64,000 nt of DNA from Camelus dromedarius (taxonomy: Eukaryota): assembly GCF_036321535.1 (NCBI RefSeq), contig NC_087437.1, positions 51,214,001 through 51,278,000 on the forward strand. The letters are read 5' to 3'. Below the pieces are notes generated by a model, which made no database searches, had not been told where the DNA came from, and saw only the letters and a list, made by a program, of their open reading frames with translations. Within the stretch, counting starts at the first letter, position 1. Each line of letters begins with the position of its first letter. The translations under genes and the position numbers were made by a program. Below, in pieces: positions 11,931 through 64,000 of the stretch.

Positions 11931-13008
11931 ACAATAGGGTCAGGCAATTTGGAGTTTCTTCATTGCATCTATCTGCATTTTCCAAATTTTGTACAAAAAG
12001 CATGCATTACTTTTATAATACAAAAAAAAAAAATACATGTAGGCAACGATCAGTGCAAGGTAAGGTTTCAGCAGCTGAGCCTGCTCCCCTCACCAACCGC
12101 CCCCATTCCCCAGGCTGTGGCTCACATACTTTCAATGCTGAGCCCCATTTCTAGGTGATCCATTAGGAAAAGGGTAGGAAAGGAGCCGTCACATCACTAA
12201 GCCACACCTCAAATGCTGGGCATTCTAACTTTCTGGCTTTCCCAAAGTCATTCCACATAAAGGCCTCTTTTCCTCAATGTCACTTTGTCTTTGTCTCTTT
12301 AAAGAAATGAAATTCTTTTTCTTTGCCGTGACCACAAAGAAAGCCTGCAACACTGATTTCTGTTAACAAATATTCAATGAGCATCCATGTGTAAGACATG
12401 AGTCAAGAGTTAGCTGAGTAATGTGATACTTAAGCACCTTCTATATTTAAAACATAATAGTTCAGCTAGGAATTATAAGGTATACAAATATGATTTATTG
12501 CCTCCAAGTTTATATACGTGGGCTGAGATATAAGGAAATGATCAACCATAATATGCAAAGAAAAAGGAAATAAACTTTAAAATAGATTTGCGAGCAAAGT
12601 GTTGTAGTAACCCAGAGGAACTTGGTTTTAATTAAAAGAACATTGTGGAGGAGATAGTATTTGAACTGAGCTTAAGAAGGAAAACATGGCTTTATTTGAC
12701 AAGAGAATATCAAGGGATTCCAGGCTGAGAAAATAGTAAAGACTTAAAGATGTGAAAATATTGGCTTACCTTTAGGAATACTGAGCAGAAAAGGAGGGTT
12801 GGGACCAGATAATGGACATCCTGACTGCCAAGCTAAGGAATATGGGCCACTTTATAGGAAACTGTCCCTTGAAGATTTTGAGGGTAAAGTATTTGACCAA
12901 CACGCATTTTTGGTTTGTATTTTGGCAGTAGTATATACACTGGTTTGAAGAAGGACAAGGAGGCAGAGAGATTAGTTATGAGGCTGTAAATACAATATAA
13001 AAAAAGGA

Positions 13009-13095
13009 GGGTGGATGGTATAGCTTAGTGGTGGAGCACCTGCTTAGCATGCATGAGGTCGTGGGTTCAATCCCCAGTACCGGCATTGAAAAAAA
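13009..13095 (+). mobile_element. tRNA-derived SINE (vic-1 type, short)
   Basis: TATAGCTTAGTGG...GCTTAGCATGCATGAGG...GGTTCAATCCCC; flanking aaaaaag(g)gaggg is TSD-like. Confidence 0.85.
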
Positions 13096-14299
13096 GGGAG
13101 GGAGGGAGGTGAGTCTTAATTAGGGTGGAGGGAGATAGAACGGGGTGGTAGGGGTGATGCATAGGACCTGGGAGTGACTGAATTTATTGGGAAGGGGCAG
13201 AAGAGTTGAAATAACTCAAGGCTTCCAGCCTGAAAGACTAAGGCGGTCAGAGGGACTACTAATTAAGACAAGGAGCAGTCTGATTAGAGACGCCCAGTGG
13301 CGGCACTCAGCGGGCAGCTGGAGATAGGTACCGAGAGGCCAAGCCCACAGTTGAAGGTTTGTCTCTGTGCTGGTGGGAGTGAAAGAACCCATGCCAAGAG
13401 AGCAAGGGGAGAGGGCAGAAGGCAGGGAAGTGCCTCCTTTTAAGGGGGCAAAGCAGGTTACAGCAATGGGAGGAGACCCAAGAGATACGAGAGGACAGAA
13501 CTGAACAGGAAGTTAGTGTCATGAGCAGCAGAGTTTGACTAGAACGAGCATGTAGGGCTTTTCCTGCTGACCTTCCTACCTTTCTTGGACGGTAAATCCA
13601 AGGCATCCAAAAAAGTGGTTGCTTACATTGGTGCCACCCAACAGAACTTTCCATGATGGGAATGTTCTATATCTGCAGCATCCAACACGGTAGCACAGAC
13701 AGTGACTACTGAGGAACCAAATTTTTATCTTGACAGCCAAGCCCCTGCATTATAAAGACAGTGGTTTACAAAAAGGGCTGAGTTTGAGCTATGATTTCTG
13801 ATGATTCACCAGAACCAATACCAAATAGTTTAAAAGCTTTCTTGGCTGAAATCAACACGATATATTGAGAAACTTTAGAATGAGTACCCTTTAGAATGGG
13901 CACTTCATCCTCAATTAGTCAATCTGAATGAATTGGCTGAAAGGGCAATTACGCTGTTTGAATTGCTGAGAGCCCTCAACAAACTGTTCATTTAAGACAT
14001 ATTTCACCACAACCACCCACATCCCCACAACCCTTCCCACTCCCCACCCTCTTGTTAGCAGCACAGAAGCTTTATTTGGCAACCACGCCCAGGGACACAG
14101 GCCGTAGGGATGAAGGCCCACTGCAGACCCTTCCAGGCAAGCTGGACTCTGCACGCTTTGCAACCAGCTAGCCCCATGACTGGTCCCTCCCTTCTGTCAC
14201 TCCACAGTTAGATATTCAGACCCAAGCCTCCAGTCCTCCAAAGCCATTCAGAGACATCTTGCTCCCTTCCCAGAGAATTATCTTATACACCAAGAGTTT

Positions 14300-15659
14300 T
14301 AGAAAATCCAAAATAATTTTATTCAGTTTTTCAGATTTTTGCTTCCACAAGGTGTTCAGCACACATGCTAAGGCGACAGAATGTCTAGTTGGTCACGACA
14401 TGCAACGCTGACCATTCGACGGATGACAGCAGCGACCACGCCCACCTGAGCTACTGGCCCCACAGCACAAACGGGGTTGGCAGGAACACACCGAACCACG
14501 GCAATCAGCAACCTGAGGTAGGTCTCTTTACAGTACAAAGAACTTCTACACCAGTGTGAGACACTGATTAGCAAGAGCTGCTTAAAGTCGCAGACTTTGG
14601 AGAGAGAAAGAGACTGTGCGGCAACCGCGGGGAGGAAGGGGAACAGACCCACAAAATCCTGAACCCTGTCACTGAACTGTGGAGGCATGGGACCCGGCAA
14701 ACGAAGAAGTACCACTGAGAAAAGCAGCAGTGGGCTCCCGGGCTTGGGACCGACAGGTCTAGGAGCCGGGGAGCTCTGTGCAGTGGCCAGCGTTAGGAAC
14801 CTGAGGCAGTGGGACACTCTGTGAACAGACTTGATGCTTGTTGAGAAAAAGAGGAAGGCAGGAAGGAAACTCACCCCTACCTCGCCGAGGAATGCTTCTG
14901 TGATTCTCATTCCTGACAGAGCGAGTGAAGAGGGGGTCTGGGACTTTGCCCCACTGCTCTCCCGACGGAAACAGTGAAGTGACAACAGGACAGAAAGCAG
15001 GAGCCCTGAGAATTCACGGCGCTCTGCACAGCCTTCAGCGGCCCCAGCTCCACCCCACCCCACCCCGGAGCGGCTGATGGGGAGGTGGCGGAGGGGGTCG
15101 CTGGAGGGCCCACTATTGCCACACGCCTTCCTTTCGGACACCCAGAAAACTCGGCACCGTGAAACAATCGGCTGGGGAAGAACATGTGCTACCCTTCCTA
15201 CGGTCTAATAGCAAAACCAGATCTCTAGTGCAGCAGACTGTACAAAAATGATAGAAAGGAATCTGCACTGTTCTTAGCACAGTGCTTATTTTAATATAAA
15301 ATAAACAGCTTACATTTTCACTGGAAATATAGGCTATGTACAGAATTATATATAGATATAGCTACACGTATAAAGCTTCATTATAGGCCTCTGATACATA
15401 TATAGTAATGGTTCCCTGAACCTTTTAGAGTGCAATTAAGAACAAAAACTAAATTCTGCTTACATGAATATGGAATAAATACAATAATCAAAATAGGACT
15501 CTCCCTAAAAGTGAAACACACAAGCCAATCCTGAACTGCTGTGCGAAAGATAAAATCGGGAAAGGCAAGGTTTCGGCAGGAGGACGCGATGAGGGGCCCG
15601 CCCCAGGCAGGGAATGGCAATGCTCCAAAGAAAAGAGACGTGGGGGCGGCGGGGAGGAG
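14300..15659 (-). other. ABCC5: ABCC5 3'UTR (approximate 3' end)
   Basis: Lies between the stop codon (15660) and the AATAAA; no recognisable TE. Confidence 0.75.
14318..14323 (-). terminator. ABCC5 polyadenylation signal AATAAA
   Basis: TTTATT on the plus strand about 1.34 kb downstream of the stop; T/GT-rich sequence follows on the minus strand. Confidence 0.75.
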
Positions 15660-60069
<44,410 letters not shown>

Positions 60070-60845
60070 CTACAGGGAGAAACACACACCATTGTCAGCA
60101 TCTCCACGGCACCCACACACCACACCACAGTTTTATGTTAAGTTAGAAAGAGGAGGCAGCTCTTTGTGTTTGACAGTGACTAAGCAGAGAAACACCTCCC
60201 TGGAGGACCAAATATTGCTGTCAGCCCACCTGCCACAACTTACACAGGGCATTTTGCAGGAGGTAGGTCTAATTTGAAACTTTCTTCCTTCAGGACACCA
60301 TCAAAATCGTGACTCTTTCTAATGTAACATAAACCTGTCCATGAGCTGAAATTCATTCTCAACACACGGTCATTAAAAAGTATATATTTGACCTTACTCC
60401 AGTATCTTCACACAATGGTACATTTCTTTACATGAAATTAAGACCTTTTTTTTTTTTTTGGATCGTTTCAAACGTGCTTATTTGATAAAAAGGAACAGTG
60501 TACCTACAGTTGGACTGGGGAAGAGTGAGAAGTGCATTTGCAAAACATTCCTGAAAATAAACATCAGCAGTTTAATAGTACAGAAGAGAGCAAACAAAGC
60601 AGACTATCCAAATCCAGAGACCCTCCCGTGGGCCCTCCCCCATTCCCCGCTCCCTCCCAAAAACAAAAACATGTTACCTCAGGTAGCACATGTCTAACAC
60701 CACCTGCAGTGAGGGAAGGCAGCCAGCCCCCAAGAACCACCGAGTGCCACCTCCAGCTCTGAGGTCCTGCAACGCCGGAGCACACACTCACACAAGGCAC
60801 ATTCAGCAACAGGATTAAATACCAGGAAGTGGGAGGTAATGTACT

Positions 60846-60851
60846 TTTATT
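60846..60851 (-). terminator. Candidate intronic poly(A) signal for short ABCC5 transcripts
   Basis: AATAAA on the minus strand at the end of the intron-5 alternative terminal exon region. Confidence 0.45.
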
Positions 60852-61904
60852 GAAAATGAAAAAAAAAGTACCATCTTCAAAGAGCATCTCACAGACACTG
60901 TACAGTAGGAGGAGCATTGTGGTAACATACATGGGAACATACAGAGTGGAGTTATACAGGGCAAGCCAGCTAACAGGTCGTCTGGCCTTGACTGTTGTTT
61001 TAGCCACACACAGTGGAGATACAGAATAGAACCAAGATCTGTTTCCGGAGTCCGGAGTAGCACATCAAGCGGACAGCACTTAATCGGGTATGGCTCCTGA
61101 AGTTGCAGCGAGTCTGCAATAGAGGAGATTCTCCAGGAATAAAGACCTTGCTGCTAAGGAAAGAGAATTAAAAAACAAAACAAAACTAAAAACTCCCCAA
61201 AGAGGTGACTCTGCTTAAAATCACTGGCGATACTGGTTCACTAGGCTGTGAGGAGTGTGACCTCTGCTCAGGACGGTATACAAAAATCTAGGCCTCAAGG
61301 AAAGATGGGCGGCGTCCTTCAGAGTCTTTTCGAGTCCTTGCAGCTAAAGTTGATCTTGCCAAAAATGAAACAAAACAAACCACAACAAAGAAAGCCAAAC
61401 CAATCCCCTTCCCCGAAGGAAGAAAATAAAATTAACGAGAAGCCCATCCACCCGTCTACCCGATCTTTATAGCAAAAGGTACTGTTGCCAGGAGACAGCA
61501 CTTGAATGACAGACAAAAATGGAGGCCAGATGCAATTGTCCTGAAGCAGCTAATGCTGAATTCCAGAACCCAGACTCTCTCTGCATGAATCGGTATTTCT
61601 TGTTTTTCCTGAGAGGAAATTAATACCAGATGTCGACTAGATTCTAAGCGATCCCCACCAATCAGATTTATGTCAAGTCTCAGTAAATAACCTGATCAAA
61701 TAAATAGGAGATTTCAGTTTCCAAGAATTATTGTATCCCATCTCTCCCCTCCCTCAGATTTTTGATTTTATATCCACTGTTTGGGTCACCACTGCATACA
61801 GCTGGGTTGTTGGTTTACTAGCAAGAAGATTGGCTTCTTTTCCAGTATTCAATCCAAAATGTGGAACTGAGTCACTGAATGGCAGGGTCAAAGCCCCATT
61901 TTCC

Positions 61905-61991
61905 TCACGTGAAGCAACTCAGTAAGATGGCGGTGCGGTAAAGCATTTTCTCACACACCTTGGCACTGACGGAGCAGTCTCCAAAGGAAGG
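61905..61991 (-). other. ABCC5: Orthologue of an ABCC5 intron-5 alternative terminal exon (PSFGDCSVSAKVCEKMLYRTAILLSCFT*)
   Basis: Translation resembles the C-terminus of a human short ABCC5 isoform as I recall it; the acceptor dinucleotide here is CG. Confidence 0.6.
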
Positions 61992-62407
61992 CGTGGAAGG
62001 ACAGCAGGTTGCAGTTTGGGGTTCCTTCCTTCCCATACCTTTATTGACTGTGCCATTTTTCAGCACCAGGTAATAGCATTAGTACCTCCCAGAGGGGAGG
62101 AGCAGGGGGAAGGTAAAAGACAAAATGAACGCTTAACACTATGCAAAACTTTCAAAGGGGAGGGAAAAGAGGAAACAGCAGATTAAAGAACTTTCAGCAC
62201 AGAGTTTTTTTAAAAAACAATTACATTTCAAACTATTTTGTATGGAATAAAGAAAAAAAAGGCTCGCATGAAAAATCCAACCAAAATTTAGTTTTAAAGG
62301 GTTATAAATTTATCATTTAAATTTAAACAAACTGTGAGAAAACTTGAGACTGTCAGCATAGCTGTCTGGCTGTGGAAAGCATTCCCAGTGAATAAACATT
62401 ACCTTAC

Positions 62408-62482
62408 CTGAACTCTTGGCGAGAGATTCTGCCCAGCTTGACTCTCTCATTCTGACCGCAGAATACAGCCATCCTGAAAATT
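62408..62482 (-). CDS. ABCC5: ABCC5 alternative intron-5 exon (75 nt) encoding NFQDGCILRSE* (short isoform / NMD exon)
   Basis: ttctttag acceptor, CAG|GTAAGG donor, TGA at 62449-62447; peptide matches the end of the human 208-aa short isoform as recalled. Confidence 0.85.
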
Positions 62483-64000
62483 CTAAAGAACAGCTTCTGT
62501 CACTAGTTCCACTACAGAGACACTCCCCCCAAATCCAGATCCTGACAGCACCAAGCAAGCTGCAGCTGGAGAGAGGTTGGAAGGGTGGGAAACTTACCTC
62601 TCTAGAGGCTTTTCACTGTCCTTTCCCCAAAAGGACCTTGAGCAGAGTTAGCATTCACCGAGAGATAGCACTGCAGGAGGAAGTCTTCTCTTGCAGATCT
62701 ACAGGGCGGATGCTAATTCTTTACACACAGATCATAAGTCAGGCCTGGTTTTTTTAAAACTGTTTTAATCCAAGGCCACAAGTCATCTCTGCAAGTTTAG
62801 CAATTTGGCCACTTGTCATAGGTCAGAACCATACCCTTATAGATTCTGGCCCTCCATTAACACTACGGTGACCCTGGGACACCGTGCACAGAGTGCTGGT
62901 TTGCTGGCATCGCTGAAACCTTAGATCATCTTGATCATAAAGGTCCAGTCTCAGCTGGCCAGCAGTTAAAAAACAAAACAAAACACAGTCACTTGATTGT
63001 GTTTCATTTGCTCTGCATATGGCTACCAAGGTTCAGTGAGGCCTGAGAGAAGATTAAAAAACTATGATATTTAGGAAGTCAGCTCTTACGTAGATTTCTG
63101 TAAGAACAGACTAAGCCAGTTTGAAAGCCCTGCCATGTTAGCAAATATGCAAAAATCTAAGATGGATGTCCCTCGAGGGGATTTCAATCCACAGATGGAA
63201 GGTGTGCTCATCATTAGTACTAATCTCAAAACCGGCCTGATTCTTCAATTTCCAATTAAAAAGAAATCTGTTAGAATTGGAGCTCCAAAAAAAGGAGTTT
63301 GCATTGCTCACAATCTGAAATCTTTTTATATCAGCTAGAGAGACTGTGGATGAGACGACCGCCTTCTCAATTGTTCTAGGAAAAAATCTCATGAAATAAC
63401 ACAGTCCTTAAGGTGCTCTTCCCCAAGAGGGTGGAGAGAAGGAAAAGCATGCTGCTGTTTTCCTATTAAAGGAAGGCTCTCAGCTTTCCCTGGCATCTAG
63501 AAGAGTTTACTAGAGATTAGTTTTCCAGTGCTCTGTGCCTTAAAAGAGATTAAGGAATATGCAGATGCTCAAGGGAGTGACTGTAAGGCCCCCAAGCTGA
63601 ACAAGCATAGGTAAATTTTTTTCCCAAGTAAAACTGAAAATCCCAACAATCTATGGAATTGGGGGGAGGGGGCAGTGGGAGGAGCCAATGAAATTCTGGC
63701 ACTGGCCAAATGGAGTAAAGAAAGCCTGTATACCGTGCTACCCAGCTGAAAGAATTCCTTGAAAGATCAGAGCAGCCACCAGCCCTGTAGTGAAACAATG
63801 ACAGAAGCTCTTCTTGGGGGAAGCTGGTCCTATGAAAATGTTTGCCATTTTGGTCAGTAACATGATATTCAGTTACATGGTCCCTCTTACTTAAAACTTA
63901 TTATTAAAGTGTGTTAGTTGGTCAATTAATAAGAAACCCAATACCAGAAAAGTAGTGTTCACTGCTTCAGAAAAGAGATCAAAACTTTTAAAAGGCATCA

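Noticed and set aside
14368..15141. 257-aa minus-strand ORF
   Set aside because: Lies inside the ABCC5 3'UTR, starts at GTG, has no recognisable domain, and GC-rich sequence lowers stop frequency
63312..63790. Further exon-like units (acceptors at 63376-63378 and near 63785)
   Set aside because: Donors are weak or ambiguous; cannot be told from chance without data

Overview
Mammalian genomic DNA, most likely a camelid (six tRNA-Ala-like vic-1-type SINEs). It corresponds to the CYP2AB1-ABCC5 region, which in human lies on 3q27. Minus strand: (i) the 5' part of an apparently intact CYP2AB1-like cytochrome P450 (exons 1-3 and part of exon 4, 1..3019), with a GC-AG intron 2. (ii) 25 coding exons of ABCC5/MRP5 (exons 6-30 by human numbering, 15660..60069). 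They splice into an uninterrupted 3723-nt frame (1240 aa plus stop), with one GC-AG intron and a 3'UTR ending after AATAAA at 14318-14323. The last 3.9 kb is ABCC5 intron 5, which holds a cluster of alternative or poison exons: the known NFQDGCILRSE* exon, a PSFGDC...* exon whose acceptor reads CG instead of AG, two stop-free in-frame candidate exons (120 and 282 nt), and an intronic poly(A) signal. Introns and intergenic DNA also hold an RPS15A processed pseudogene, two solo ERV1-type LTRs with 4-bp TSDs, an L1-mobilised ERV 3' end, truncated L1s, Tigger/hAT DNA transposon relics, and MIR/L2/MLT1 fragments. I found no CRISPR array, no true tRNA or rRNA gene, and no clearly novel multi-gene system. 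Comparisons with human are from memory and need checking.
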